Origin: Eledone cirrhosa
Taxonomy: Eukaryota
Assembly: GCA_964016885.1 (NCBI GenBank)
Contig: OZ024758.1
Span: 21,452,001-21,516,000, forward strand
DNA: 64,000 nucleotides
Reading direction: 5' to 3'
Shown here: piece after piece, positions 27,116 to 43,667 of the stretch
Layout: each line of letters begins with the position of its first letter
Numbering within the stretch: position 1 is the stretch's first letter
Notes under the pieces: generated by a model
Told to the model about the DNA's origin: nothing
The model's database searches: none
The model's input: only the letters and a program-made list of their open reading frames with translations
Program-made: the position numbers and the translations under genes

Positions 27116-27437
27116 CGAAACATAAGTCAATTGCATGAACTCATAATCCTTTATTTACTGCTATATATATTTCGATGATAGCCATTGAATGGCTATGACC
27201 TCATCAGGCAGTTAGTCAGTTCTTAGATATGCCAGCTCTGTGTCGTGTCGAAATGAGAGGATAAAATTAATTGGACTAGAAATATGTTTACGGCTAATTT
27301 GATAAACTCGACTCCCAGTTAACCTGTTATATACGGCTAGCCAGGGAAACAGATAATATTGTAGATGTATTTCAGTTTTATATGCCACGGGAAAAGAACC
27401 TAGCTAGAAAAAGGAACTGATTGTCCGGCATCATGTA
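27001..27437 (-). mobile_element. pLTR-like unit with intact HHR (27157-27212) and a tail-to-tail inverted copy across (TA)n
   Basis: ACTGC-CTGATGA-GGTCATAGCCA ttcaa TGGCTATCATC-GAAA-T ATAT A-TA-GCAGT. Arms 27001-27077 and 27112-27188. Confidence 0.8.
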
Positions 27438-27439
27438 AT

Positions 27440-28320
<881 letters not shown>

Positions 28321-28401
28321 TGAATTATAAGAATCAAAGAACTGTTCAAAACAGTTATAAGCATAACAATTTTTGAACAGTTCTTTGATTCTTATAATTC
28401 A
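28321..28401. repeat. About 31-bp-arm hairpin at the edge of the TA array
   Basis: TGAATTATAAGAATCAAAGAACTGTTCAAAA / TTTTGAACAGTTCTTTGATTCTTATAATTCA. Confidence 0.85.
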
Positions 28402-28559
28402 TATAACTGCTCTGTAAATCATCTGATGTTATTACATTGAGCTATTTAACTTACTGGTAATAAGGTAGTAATATATTACTGCCACTATTTAGGGTTTATA
28501 AAAATATATATAACTACAAAAGGTTTTTGTATTTGCATAACCATAAATAGTATACTTAA

Positions 28560-28600
<41 letters not shown>

Positions 28601-28771
28601 CAGACACACGTATATATACACAGACACGCATATGTACATATATACACACATATATACATACACACATGTATATATATATATATACAGACATATTTATATA
28701 CATAGACACACAAACATATATGCATGCATACATACGTACGTACAGAAGCGTGTGTAAGCAGACACACACAT

Positions 28772-28913
<142 letters not shown>

Positions 28914-29135
28914 ATAATAATAAATTTGAAGACTAAAATCCAAAGAGGGCTCGATAAGTGTAAATATATATCAAATATATAAATATATATCAAATATATA
29001 AGAACCGTAGAGTTTCAGAAGATCCCGTTAAGGGTGAAAGCAGCGATTCTTTGCTTAAACTTTAATCTGTTATTTTAATAAATATATATATTTTAATAAA
29101 TATATATATATATTTTAATAAATATATATATATAT

Positions 29136-29384
29136 CCCCAGTCACTGAAGAGGTCACATAATGTGTGAGGAAAGAACTTTGACAATATTTGAACAATCGT
29201 CTGGTTGTGGAACCAACCAACCAACCAACCGAAAATTTATAAATTCTTAAATTTATAATAAATTGAAGTGAAATCACCTCGTGCGTGTGTTTCTTATTGG
29301 CAACATGACCCTCCCAAAGTATAACAATATCGGTTTCAACACACGTTTTAAGATAAAGAATCTTGCTAAACAAATTCAGAAACG

Positions 29385-29387
<3 letters not shown>
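29136..29387 (+). mobile_element. Family D1 unit with 5' HHR (29141-29183); fold-back 3' copies at 34130-34338 and 38320-38530
   Basis: GTCA-CTGAAGA-GG TCACAT aat GTGTGA G-GAAA-G AA C-TT-TGAC; the unit ends CAAATTCAGAAACGAAA(TA)n. Confidence 0.7.
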
Positions 29388-29431
<44 letters not shown>

Positions 29432-29765
29432 AAAAGAGTCAGGACCCCAACGGCTGAGCTCCGGCTGTTTCGGCAGCTAGATCCGAACCTATATACATAT
29501 ATATATATAGAGAGAGATATAGATATAGATATATATATAGTGTATCCGAACATGAAATTGAATTTCCAAGTTTTAAATTTTAAATATTGAACAATGTAAT
29601 AAGTGCAACATCAGGTAAAAGTGATTTAAACTATATTGTCTTTAAAGTGAACAGTTGGTTGGGAAGGGGGTTCAGACTAAAATATTGGACAAAATACATT
29701 ATGGCATTTATTTAACTCTCTCTATATATCTCTCTCTCCTCCTCCTCTCCCTCTCTCTCTCCCTT

Positions 29766-29843
<78 letters not shown>

Positions 29844-30329
29844 CAATCTTCAAATCACACCGTGATCGACATGGTAGGATTAGTTCTGTATTTATAAATT
29901 ATTAACATATAACCTATTGGCGTCAATTTAATTTATTTCAGTATTTGCTTAAAATTTGTGACAACATTAATGTAGGAAATCCGTCATTTGATATATATAA
30001 TCATTATTACTTAAATGTGATTTATTGAATATCGAGTGCTTCAATAGGTTTGGAGTGAAAACATTAGAAATCTGTAATCACAGATTATAGTAGCAATCTC
30101 TCAGCTTAACCAAACGTTTCAGATGATATTTACAAACATATCTTCCTCTACTATACAAGTTAAAATCTTAATGACGTTTGCTTTGTCGTAATGCCTGGGT
30201 TATTTTTGTCTGTATCAAATGTTAATACTTCACAGAATACTTATCGGTAGATGTAATAAGAAATATTGGAAAATTTGAAATTTTTATATAAAGTGTGTAC
30301 GTTGCAACGGATGTGAGTAAAAATAATTG

Positions 30330-31019
30330 TGTTTACTTTCGGCACAAGGCCAGGACTTATCTCAGTGCATTACTGGCACTTGATTTTATCGACTCCTTAA
30401 GGATGAAAGGCAAAGTTAACCACAGCGGGATTTGAACTCATACCGTAAAATGCTTTAACTCTATGCTGCTAAGCATGCCTTCCAACCATCTACCGATTCT
30501 GCCAATCCACCTAGTGTACGGTCACTCAAGTTAATACATTCACCTCCAACAGCTTATCTAGGTAGCTATTAATGTGGGGTCACTCGAGTGCACACTATCG
30601 CCTCCAACATTTATTAAAAATAAATGGCGTAGACATTACAATACAACGGGAGGAAACATAATAGTGTCACTGATGACGTCACAGGTGTGTGATGAAAGAA
30701 CTTTGGTAGACTATATATATATGCCAACCGTGACTAACCCCACTGAAAAGTTTCGTGAAATAGTCTTTTTAAGACTATATAGAGCATTTGTAGTTTTTCC
30801 AAATTGAAGGATGAGGATTTAACCTTAATTTTACTATGGGTTAAGACTCTATTGATTTTTTCCGTGGATTTCACAAAATCTGTGGATAAAATTCCTGTCT
30901 TGACTTTTTTTTTTAATTGAGTTTCCCATATCTTACGTTAAATATTTTCCATCTTGACGTTATAGTCACTTATATATTATGAAATACTGTTGGCTTCTTG
31001 CTCACATTAATTTCTCTAT

Positions 31020-31058
<39 letters not shown>

Positions 31059-31364
31059 GATAAATCTACCAAGAGTTTACGGTAGTGTCCAATCCGTATG
31101 AAGAACTCAATGTAGTCCGGATATCATGGAAAGAAGAGATGCAAAAAATCATTATTTCTGAAGACGGCATATATGTGTGTTTGGTATGTATATTTAATCT
31201 TGATAGTTTGTATAATTTTGTATAATTTTGTACATAGATCTGTTGAATATGCATGCCAATTCTAACACATATATATCCTAGAAACGATCGTTAAATAATG
31301 AACTTTTTTTGTTTAATATAAGGAACTGTTTCATTGTTTTATTCATTATTCTTTTAATATTTTA

Positions 31365-31405
<41 letters not shown>

Positions 31406-32078
31406 TTCAAGAGTAACCAATCTTAACGAGTGAGATAGAGTTAGGAGAGGAGAGATTGGTGAATTAGTTAGAAGTCAAAGCGTAAAGGCATGTGCTCAAT
31501 GTGCAATATGCAGTGGAAAGCAGCTAGGTGGCTGGGTTCATGCAGAGGTTAGGTGCACAGAGCTGGGAATATTCATTAGTTAATCAAAACAAGGAAGACA
31601 TTATTAAAAGATTGTCAACATATTTTAGTTTGATGTAAGGAATGTAGAGAATAATAATAATAATATTAATTGTTTCTACATTTGGCACAAGGCCAGCAAT
31701 TATTCAGTACATTACTGGTACTTTATTTTATCGACCCCGTAAGGAAGAAAGGCAAAGTTAACCTCGGCGAGATTTGAACTCAGATCGTAAAGGGCCGTAA
31801 CTATGCTGGAAAGCATAGCGTCCTACTCTCTACCTATACTGCCAATCCACTGCCCTATATAATATATATAAATAATATTAATAATAATAATTGTTTCTAC
31901 TTTAGGCACAAGGCCAGCAATTACCCAGTACATTACTGGTACTTTATTTTATCGACCCCGTAAGGATGAAAGGCAAAGTTAACCTCGGCAGGATTTGATC
32001 TCAGACCATAAAGGGACGTAACTCTTTGCTGCAAAGCATGGCGTCAGACCCTCTACCGATACTGCCAATCCACCACCC
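30330..32078 (-). mobile_element. Three SINE S1 copies (30330-30511, 31670-31856, 31890-32078)
   Basis: Match the S1 consensus. Confidence 0.88.
30665..30708 (+). ncRNA. Minimal HHR motif related to 29141-29183
   Basis: TGTCA-CTGATGA-CG TCACA ggtg TGTGA T-GAAA-GAAC-TT-TGGTA. Confidence 0.6.
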
Positions 32079-33308
32079 TTTATTAATAATAATAATGTCC
32101 GTTTACAATTGTTTCGCTACTCCATATAATATTTCTGGTATATATATATTTCTATATATATTGTTAACCGTTGGTCAATCAATTATAAATATTGATGCCA
32201 GCTATGATTAACTATAGAGATATAAAATATACAGAAGGGAAAAGCAATCCAAACCAAAGAGTGAGTATGTTTTGTTATTATTTCTGGCAATATTATAACA
32301 ATATGACCCACCCCATATATAACAATATTTGTTTCAACACACGATTTCATAACAAAAACCTTGCAAACCAAATATATATATAGATATAGATATATGTGTG
32401 TATATATATACACACAAGAATGATTGTGTGTATATATATATATATATAGATAGATATGTGTGTGTGTGTAATATATATATATATATAAATATACATGTAG
32501 ATATATATATATATATAAGTATACATCTATATATATATAAGTATACATGTATATATATATATATATAAGTATATATATATATGTATAAATAAATAAATAT
32601 ATATATATATATATATGATTCTATTGATTGATTAATTGTTCATGTTTGTTTGATAACCTCTGGTTGAGTGCTTAATTCGGTTTGTCTAAAGGGATTCATT
32701 CCTTTATCTCAAATTGGAATTCACCGCCTAAGCGGGGGTTACCTCCCTTGGAGAAAACCACGTGTCTGTGGCGAAATTTTAAGCTACAACATACCCGCTC
32801 AGGCTAAGAACGAAAGACTTGCTGAAGAAGGAAATCCTATGTTCTGTCGTCAAAAACCATTATATTGCAGACTCCTGCAATCGGAATTTGTCGATCTTGG
32901 ATTTGCAGAAACTTAGCGTTGATGTTGGGTGTTATATGTGATGTATATTGTGTGATATACGATGTAAGTTATATATTTTGCACTCAGCTTCACCGCTCTG
33001 TCCGGGTCAGTATACAAGCTTTTCCTGGGTCCTGTATTTTCGTTGCTCTATTGATCTGGCTGAACTGTCGACGCTATATATGATTTGCTAAGCTGTCTGA
33101 ACGTAATGTTATTATTCTGTGGTTCTTCCTCATCCGAGTGCTAAAGCTACAGACCGATTATGCATTCGTTAGCTTGGCCGTGTTCTAAAGCTTCGTTAAT
33201 GCTGTACTAAAATTTATATATATATATATATATGTATATGTATAAATAAATATATATATATAGATATATATATGTATAAACATATAGATATAGATATATA
33301 TATATATG

Positions 33309-33344
<36 letters not shown>

Positions 33345-33471
33345 TATATATAATATATATATATATATAATACCCCAGCCTCCCGCACCAAAATTAGACT
33401 TATCGTCCCCTACTTTTACTCTTTGTTCTTGAATGTTTGGTTGGTAGAGTCCATAACACCAATCAAACCCC

Positions 33472-33531
33472 TTTTATAGCTCTGACGAATCCTACGGTTA
33501 CGTAAGGAAGAAACATTGTAAGCCAATAAAA
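33472..33531 (+). ncRNA. Minimal type I HHR motif
   Basis: GCT-CTGACGA-A TCCT ACG gtta CGT A AGGA A-GAAA-C ATT G-TA-AGC, inside an about 190-bp unit between TA arrays. Confidence 0.65.
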
Positions 33532-33568
33532 GTCTTTTGATGTTTTAGACGCTCTTGTGTTCTTTTTC

Positions 33569-33599
<31 letters not shown>

Positions 33600-33953
33600 C
33601 ATGTTAATATTTATGTATGCGTGGGTATGTTTATATGTAATGCATATATGTATACGTTGTATATAATTTATCATCTCAAGAATGCAGATACCACCAACGA
33701 GCTTTTATCCTTTAGGAAAATGTTCAAACTGTTGATTCTTGCATCATTTACAAACGAAAGGTAGAATATAAAAGAATAAGCCATCAGGTAAATCAACACT
33801 ACAATAGGTAATTACCTGTGATAAATCTCTTGTACATTAACACGTGTTTAATGACTCATAAATGGCACCTAAATTTTTCCATGACGAACGTGTTTTTTAA
33901 CCATTGATTCTCACAATGCAAAACGTAAAAATATATTATTATATATATATATA

Positions 33954-34045
<92 letters not shown>

Positions 34046-34098
34046 CACATGCATACATATATATATGCATATATATATGCCTACATATATACATATAA

Positions 34099-34130
<32 letters not shown>

Positions 34131-34666
34131 TGTAATACTTTGGGAGGGTCGTGTTGCCAATAGGAAAACACACGCACCACTTACTTTCACTCCAATTTAT
34201 TATAAATTAAATTTATAAATTTAAGAAATTGGTGCGTGTGTTTCTTATTGGCAACATGACCCCTCCCAAAGTATAACAATATCGGTTTCAACACACGCTT
34301 TCTGATAAAGAATCTTGCTAAACAAATTCAGAAACGAAAACATATACATAGATATATACATATATATTTATATATATATATATATATAAATATATGTATA
34401 TATATATATATATAAATATATGTATATATATAAATATATGTATATATATATAAATATATGTATATATATATAAATATATGTATATATATATAAATATATG
34501 TATATATAGATATAAATATATGTATATATATATATATAAATATGTATATATATATATATAAATATGTATATATATATATATATATAAATATATGTATATA
34601 TATATATATATATCAATATGTATATATATATATATAAATATGTATATATATATATATATAAATATG

Positions 34667-34719
<53 letters not shown>

Positions 34720-34720
34720 G

Positions 34721-34834
<114 letters not shown>

Positions 34835-34862
34835 AATATGTATATATATATATATAAATATG

Positions 34863-34896
<34 letters not shown>

Positions 34897-35206
34897 AAAT
34901 ATGTATATATATATATATATAAATATGTATATATATATATATATAAATATGTATATATATATATATATAAATATGTATATATATATAAATATGTCTATAT
35001 ATATATATATAAATATGTATATATATATATATATAAATATGTATATATATATAAATATGTATATATATATAAATATGTATATATATATATATATAAATAT
35101 GTATATATATATATATATATAAATATGTATATATATATAAATATGTATATATATATATATATAAATATGTATATATATATAAATATGTATATATATATAT
35201 ATATAA

Positions 35207-35241
<35 letters not shown>

Positions 35242-35432
35242 TATAAATATGTATATATATATATAAATATGTATATATATATATATATAAATATGTATAT
35301 ATATAAATATGTATATGTATATATATATATATATATATATAAATATGTATATATATAAATATATGTATATGTATATATATAAATATATGTATATATATAT
35401 ATATAAAATATATGTATATATATATATATAAA

Positions 35433-35480
<48 letters not shown>

Positions 35481-35714
35481 TGTATATATATAAATATATG
35501 TATATATATATATATAAATATATGTATATATATATATATAAATATATGTATATATATATATATAAATATATGTATATAATATATATAAATATATGTATAT
35601 ATATATATAAATATATGTATATATATATATATAAAATATATGTATATATATATATATAAATATATGTATATATATATATATAAATATATGTATATATATA
35701 TATATAAATATATG

Positions 35715-35747
<33 letters not shown>

Positions 35748-35832
35748 GTATATATATATGTATATATATATATGTATGTATATATATATATGTATATATA
35801 TGTATATATATATGTATATATATATATGTATG

Positions 35833-35896
<64 letters not shown>

Positions 35897-36317
35897 TATA
35901 TTTATATATATATATATATATCATTCACATCCCCCATTCTCCCTTCTCATTATACACACTGTATGTTAGCTATCTTGTAGCTAACTAATTATTAAACATC
36001 TAATGAACTTTCTCATCAGCTTTGATTTTAATTTTCGCTTGTACGCGTATAGATATACTACAGTCACAAACAAAAATACATCTCCCTAATTACATATACA
36101 TACCCTATTGTAACTCATATATATTGTTTTATTAAAGTTGACGCAACCTTATGCAATACCGTAACAATACTTAAATCAGAATATCTGATTTATAGTTTTC
36201 ATGATCTTGCCTTGTCTTGTCTTGAAAACCATGCACAGTCAAATTTGGTTTATACATTCATTGAATAAAATCCCGTTCAGAAATTAAGTTGTATCAATAT
36301 ATGGAATGAACGTCGTT

Positions 36318-36760
36318 TCCCAGTGCATAACTGGTTCTTTATTTATCGACCCCCCGTAAAGATGAAAGGCAAAGCTAACCTCGGCAGGATTTGATCTCAG
36401 ATCGTACCGAGATAAAGCTACCTTCGGTACCATCTGAGTTCAAATCCTGTCTAAGTTAGTTTTTGCGTTTCATACTTACGGAGTTGATAAAATAAAGTAC
36501 CAATAATATACTTGGGTCGATTTAATTGACTTTCCCCTCACCCCAAACATTATTATTACTGTTTTGATTATTATAAGGTGATGGATTAGCACTATCGCTA
36601 GAGCGTCGGGACCCTGCTTTACAGCATAGAATTGTGGCCATTTACGTTCTGAGTTCAAATCCTGCCGATGTTAAATTTGCCTTTCATCCTTACTAGGTCG
36701 ATAAAATAATGTACCAGTCACACACTGGGGTCAATTTAATTGATTTTCCCCTCCCCTTCG
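36318..36760. mobile_element. SINE S1 fragments: an inverted pair (36318-36550) plus a plus-strand copy (36576-36760)
   Basis: S1 matches in opposite orientations joined near 36410-36430. Confidence 0.8.
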
Positions 36761-37610
36761 AAAGGATGTCATTGAGTCTAACTCAGAAACTGTTATTTGT
36801 TGCCTGGGGGTTGTAAGTAAGAAACTCCGAGCAGTGACTCACAAAATGACGTCTTGTAATTTTATCAATGTTTAACCAGAACGGAATAGTGAAGGAGAAT
36901 TACTCGAAATAAAATGACAAAATACAAATATCGGAAAGTATAGATTCCCAATGTATTCAACATGTCTATATTTGCATTGATATAATCCTATTCAAATAGG
37001 TTTCCCATACATTCCAACATTGTACATAAAACTCTTCTATGATAGACGCACAATTAGTTCCTCATTTCTTGGGTTAGAAGACTTAAGTCCTACTATACAG
37101 TATATTTAAACTCGACATCAGTTAATACTGACAGTGATTATTTCAAGATCCAAAACCCTAGAATAGAATCGATAAGGAATCTTAGAAACGTCCGAGCAAT
37201 TCTTCAGCATTTTTTCTATTGATTTTTTAATATCCCCTGCAGCTAAACAGATGGCAGTTCCCTGCCATAAAATTCTAAAGACGTCCGATAAAAGTAGATT
37301 TCAGGATGAATATTATATTGCATGTCCTCACCTTATATGAGATACAAGTTTTCAGTGATTAGATACAATATAATACATACTGAATGAAATGTGTGTAATG
37401 GTAATGGAATATTTTATTCACAACAGTGTCACGCTGAATACTGTTAAATATACTCGTCTAATGGAATGCTCGGCCACGTATTTGGTAATTTTGTAGGGTT
37501 ATATATATATATATAATACAGAAGCGATCTGCCTGCGAAAGCGATCACTGTGACAAGCAGTCTCCGTATGTATGGATATTTATATAAATATATATATATG
37601 TATATATATT

Positions 37611-37648
<38 letters not shown>

Positions 37649-37664
37649 GTCATATATATATATG

Positions 37665-37950
37665 TCAAGATTCATGGACGAGTTCTCTCCGGCGGTCTCT
37701 GTCTCTCATTATCGCTGCCGTGTCCTGCGTCTCCAACAGACCAGTGTTTGTCCTTAGGGCATCAACATATGTCAACCTCGGTCTTCCGCTTCCAGTGTGT
37801 CCATGCAGGGGGTCCCACAAGAGCACTGAGTGCAGTGTCAACTCTGGATATCGGTGAGCATGTCCAGCTAACCTTAGTCTCCTCTGTGCTACACTCGAGC
37901 TGACTTTTGGGAGGCTTCCATACAGCACTGAGTTACCTCCCAAATATTGT
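37665..37950 (-). mobile_element. RTE LINE ORF C-terminal fragment
   Basis: LYGSLPKVSSSVAQRRLRLAGHAHR...LLWDPLHG..GSGRPRLTYVDAL; a sister fragment lies at 56605-56757. Confidence 0.85.
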
Positions 37951-37996
37951 ATACACACATCAATAGCATTCTTATAAATATTGCGTATATAGATAA

Positions 37997-38031
37997 TCAA
38001 AGTGTGTATACATTTTTGGGGACGCCCTGTA
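37997..38031 (-). mobile_element. Solitary Tc1/mariner TIR
   Basis: TA-CAGGGCGTCCCCAAAAATGTATACACACTTTGA on the minus strand. Confidence 0.55.
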
Positions 38032-38629
38032 TATTTATATATATATATCATACTTATATATATATATATTAATTATTAAAATAACAGATTAAAGTGTAAG
38101 CAAAGAATCGCTGCTTTCACCCTTAACGGGATCCTGTGAAACTGTTTCAGAAAATCCGGTTAAGTGTGAAAGCAGCGATTCTTTGCTTAACTTTAATCTG
38201 TTATTTTAATAAATATTTGCTCTATGGTTCTTATATATTTGATATATAATTATTCTTATCTAGCCCTCTTTGGATTTTAGTCTTCACATTTATTATTATT
38301 AATATATATATATTTATCTATTGTTATACTTTGGGAGGGTCATGTTACCAATAAGAAACACACGCACCCGTTGCTTTCACTTCAATTTATTATAAATTAA
38401 ATTTATAAATTTATAAATTTCCGGTTGGTTGGTTTCTTATAGGCAACATGACCCTCCCAAAGAATACCAATATCGGTTTCAACACACGTTTTCAGATAAA
38501 GAATCTTGCTAAACAAATTCAGAAACGAAATATATTTATATATATATTATATATATATGTATATGTCAGTAATCGCCGTTGAAACGGCTTGAGCTCTGCC
38601 GTTCTTGGTCATACATTCTCCTATGTATA

Positions 38630-38687
<58 letters not shown>

Positions 38688-40103
38688 CCATGTGTGCGGA
38701 TACCCATGTTTGCATTCATCCTTGCGGGGTTACTAGTAACATTAAACCAACTGGGGTCGATTTCATCGACTTTCCCGTGCTCTGTCATTGATGGCCTTGT
38801 GCCTAAATCAGAAACTATTATTTAGAAGGTTTGGGATAATCAAATGTTAACTCGGGGATAGTTGAACTCAGAGCATATAATATAACTGACAAAAGATGTT
38901 AACATAAAAAATAGAAAGCATCTTTCTTTGATCTTCCTATTCTGCTAACTACCATCTAAATATATGGAGGAAACGAAAGAGAATAATGCTTAATATTACA
39001 ATGAGAAAACATTTTAGCATCCACAATTTACTGTATATTAACCAGGGGAGATGTATGGAAGATGATAGGCTGCAGGGGCGATATCACTTTCAACACATTC
39101 TGGGTTTTTTTTTTGACACCTAAAATTGATACGGTTTTAGCAATGTCTTCTTCTGTTGGTGAGTATTGTGATGGTAATAGTTTTAAGGATAATTATTATG
39201 ATGTAGCGAAAGGACATTTATTTGCTTGTCAACTGATTGTTTTATATGCTGTATCATTAGCGTTTCCAGAAATATAAAATAAGTTCTTTCTAACGTAGGG
39301 TGCATTTCAGAAACGATAATTATTAGAATTACAACACGGTTGAGTAGATGTGGTAATAAACAAAATGTACATATTTGATGAGATAAATTACAATGCATGA
39401 GTTTGTATCATTGAAAAGGACACTGAATTCTATCTATATTAGTGTGGAATATATATTTTCTGATCACAATGGAATAATAACCTGATATTATTGTACTTAA
39501 ATGTACACATATACAGGCATGTATGCACACACATACAAACATATAATTGTATATACACACATACACACTTAAATGCATGAATATATACATATATATATAT
39601 ATACATACCTGAATATATATTTTGTGGACACAATGGAGTTATAACTTGTCATAATTGCACTCTCACGTACATATATAGGTATACTAATACACACACAAAT
39701 ATATATATATATATGCAATTATATAAATACACATATATATATATATATATATCTACATATATATATATATATCTCTATCAATAAATATATATATATATAT
39801 ATATGCATAAACACTCACACACACACACACATATATATATATAACGAAGGAATTGTGGTAAGGAACCAGATGGACCATAACGCACCAGAGTACTCAATAC
39901 TTAGGGTAGTAGAGTGGGTATTGGAAAAATGATGACCCCGACGGCAGAGCTCAAGCTGTTTCGACGGCTATTTCTGGAATAGCCGTCCAGAAATAACCGT
40001 CAAAACGGCTTGAGCTTTTAATTTTTTTTTTTTTTTTTTTTAAGTTTAACTCTAATTTTAATATTTTTTATGTTTTACTGCTTAAATCTCTCATTTTTTA
40101 TTT

Positions 40104-40303
40104 NNNNNNNNNNNNNNNNNNNNNNNNNNNNNNNNNNNNNNNNNNNNNNNNNNNNNNNNNNNNNNNNNNNNNNNNNNNNNNNNNNNNNNNNNNNNNNNNN
40201 NNNNNNNNNNNNNNNNNNNNNNNNNNNNNNNNNNNNNNNNNNNNNNNNNNNNNNNNNNNNNNNNNNNNNNNNNNNNNNNNNNNNNNNNNNNNNNNNNNNN
40301 NNN
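40104..40303. other. Assembly gap (200 N)
   Basis: Run of N. Confidence 1.
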
Positions 40304-40506
40304 CATTACAAGCTGTAAAAGAACAATTACAAAATCATGGTTGATTGTAATCTCTAACGATAATGTTAAATTGTGACACGAGAAGTGTAGATGTGAAATT
40401 CAATTTAAATACAATATAAATAAATAGATAGATAAATATATATATATATGTATGCGTGCGTGTGTGTGTGTACTTGTGTGTCTCTTCTTGTGTGTGTAGA
40501 TGTGTG

Positions 40507-40643
<137 letters not shown>

Positions 40644-40751
40644 CTAGAATTCTGAATGGAAATTCTACCTTTAAAAAAGTGGAATCTGATAACCGAATCT
40701 TACACTGGATGGCTTTAAATGTTCAGCCATGAGAGATGCATACACATACAC

Positions 40752-40926
<175 letters not shown>

Positions 40927-42216
40927 TGTATATATATGTATATATATGTATATGCATGTATATATATGTATATATATGTATATGCATGTATATATATGTA
41001 TATGCATGTATAATCTATGTATATTTATATATATGTATATACATATATATATGTATGTATATTTATATATATGTATATACATATATATATGTATATACAT
41101 ATATATATGTATATATATATATATATGTACATATATATATATATATAAGTACATATATATATACATGAATGTATACCTATACATATATGTATATGTGTAT
41201 GTATATATATATTTATATATATATGGACACATATATATAACTATGTATATATATATATATATAAAAATTTCAAGTTATCAATAATGTATATCGTCACGTT
41301 AGAGATGAACAGCGTACATGTAGGTTTGCTCAACGAGTATAAATTATATTCCGGAGAAAATGTAGAAAAGATGAATATAAAATGAAAGTGCTTTTATAAA
41401 GGAATTTATTAGGTATTGACATATGTTTCTGTAACAGACGGAATACATATGTATCGCTGCTTGCGTAATCATATAATGTTAGCAAGTATTCGATAGCAAA
41501 TGTATAAACAGTTGTCACTTCTTCAGAGATATTGGGTAAATTGGAAAAAATCAGAAAGATTAAAGTATTTATATTAGTTGTAAGAAAGGAAGAATAGAAG
41601 GGATAGTATATGACAGATGGCAATTCAATTTGCTGGTAAACAAGTATATAGAAGGTTTTTAATGAGAATACAATGAGTATATGGCTTATTTTATCTAAAT
41701 AAGAATTTTGGGGAAAGCCTATTTTAATCTATATTTGACCAATTGAACAATGGACAGGGCTGGTCGTTTGGTGTCGTAGTATTAAATTTGATATGAAGTG
41801 TCCAGTAAGGAAAAGAGAGATTTTCACTGTTACTGTATATAAACAATGCTGGTAGCCTGCTGGTATATGCATTAGGGAATTGAATTAAGAAATCCCATTT
41901 TATCTATAGTATATACTTTCCTTATGCATATTAACGGCTGAGCAGCCTAATATGCATAAGGAAAGTATATACTTTCAGACGTTCAACCATCTGGCAGGAA
42001 GGTATACGTTGCTGACGATAGCTAATAAGCTTGAAACTAGTACAGCGTTTCTTTGTCAGTGTTGAACAAATGAGCAACGATGGTTGCTAGACACTGTACG
42101 GCTTAATTCGGGAGGTTTGTTTACAAACACACCGAGCATTATAATAAATGTTCGGTGAATCCATACGTACATATATATATATATATGTGTGTGTATGTAT
42201 GTGTATATATATATAT

Positions 42217-42293
<77 letters not shown>

Positions 42294-42415
42294 CATACTA
42301 CTGTACGTCTGTATACATATATGTATGTACGTATACATACTTATATTTAAGTAACAGCCGTACTAAGAGTGAGAAATGAAATTTCGTTTCATTTTTTTCC
42401 GTGTATATATATATA

Positions 42416-42469
<54 letters not shown>

Positions 42470-42487
42470 TATGTATATATATATATA

Positions 42488-42521
<34 letters not shown>

Positions 42522-42525
42522 CATC

Positions 42526-42617
<92 letters not shown>

Positions 42618-42621
42618 TATG

Positions 42622-42703
<82 letters not shown>

Positions 42704-42787
42704 TATGTATATATATATATATACATCTATGTATATATATATATATATATATATATACATCTATGTATATATATATATATATACATC

Positions 42788-42823
<36 letters not shown>

Positions 42824-43027
42824 TATGTATATATATATATATATACATCTATGTATATATATATATATATATACATATATGTATATATATATATATATAT
42901 ACATCTATGTATATATATATATATATACATCTATGTATATATATATATATATATATACATCTATGTATATATATATATATATATATATATACATTTATGT
43001 ATATATATATATATATATATATACATC

Positions 43028-43065
<38 letters not shown>

Positions 43066-43091
43066 TATGTATGTATATATATATATACATC

Positions 43092-43142
<51 letters not shown>

Positions 43143-43243
43143 CTATGTATGTATATATATATATATATATATATACACATCTATGTATGTATATATATAT
43201 ATATATATATACATCTATGTATATATATATATATATATACATC

Positions 43244-43280
<37 letters not shown>

Positions 43281-43281
43281 C

Positions 43282-43323
<42 letters not shown>

Positions 43324-43351
43324 TATGTATATATATATATATATATACATC

Positions 43352-43388
<37 letters not shown>

Positions 43389-43393
43389 CTATG

Positions 43394-43426
<33 letters not shown>

Positions 43427-43463
43427 CTATGTATATATATATATATATATATATACATCTACG

Positions 43464-43497
<34 letters not shown>

Positions 43498-43563
43498 CAC
43501 ATCTATGTATGTATATATATATATATATATATATACATCTATGTATATATATATACATCTACG

Positions 43564-43604
<41 letters not shown>

Positions 43605-43605
43605 C

Positions 43606-43667
<62 letters not shown>

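Noticed and set aside
31070-31188. Possible coding exon (IYQEFTVVSNPYEELNVVRISWKEEMQK...) ending at GTATGT
   Set aside because: In-frame TAA directly after the candidate acceptor, no polypyrimidine tract and no partner exons. The same TGTAGATAAATCTACCA start recurs at about 55432.
34300-34338. HHR-like CTGATAA...GAAAC at the D1 3' end
   Set aside because: The core is not conserved in sister copies (AAGATAA, CAGATAA) and no cleavage triplet or helix I follows.
42020-42065. Hammerhead in family G (CTGACAA...GTTTC-AAGC...GCTA on the minus strand)
   Set aside because: Lacks G8 and the GAAA box in all three copies and has no helix I.
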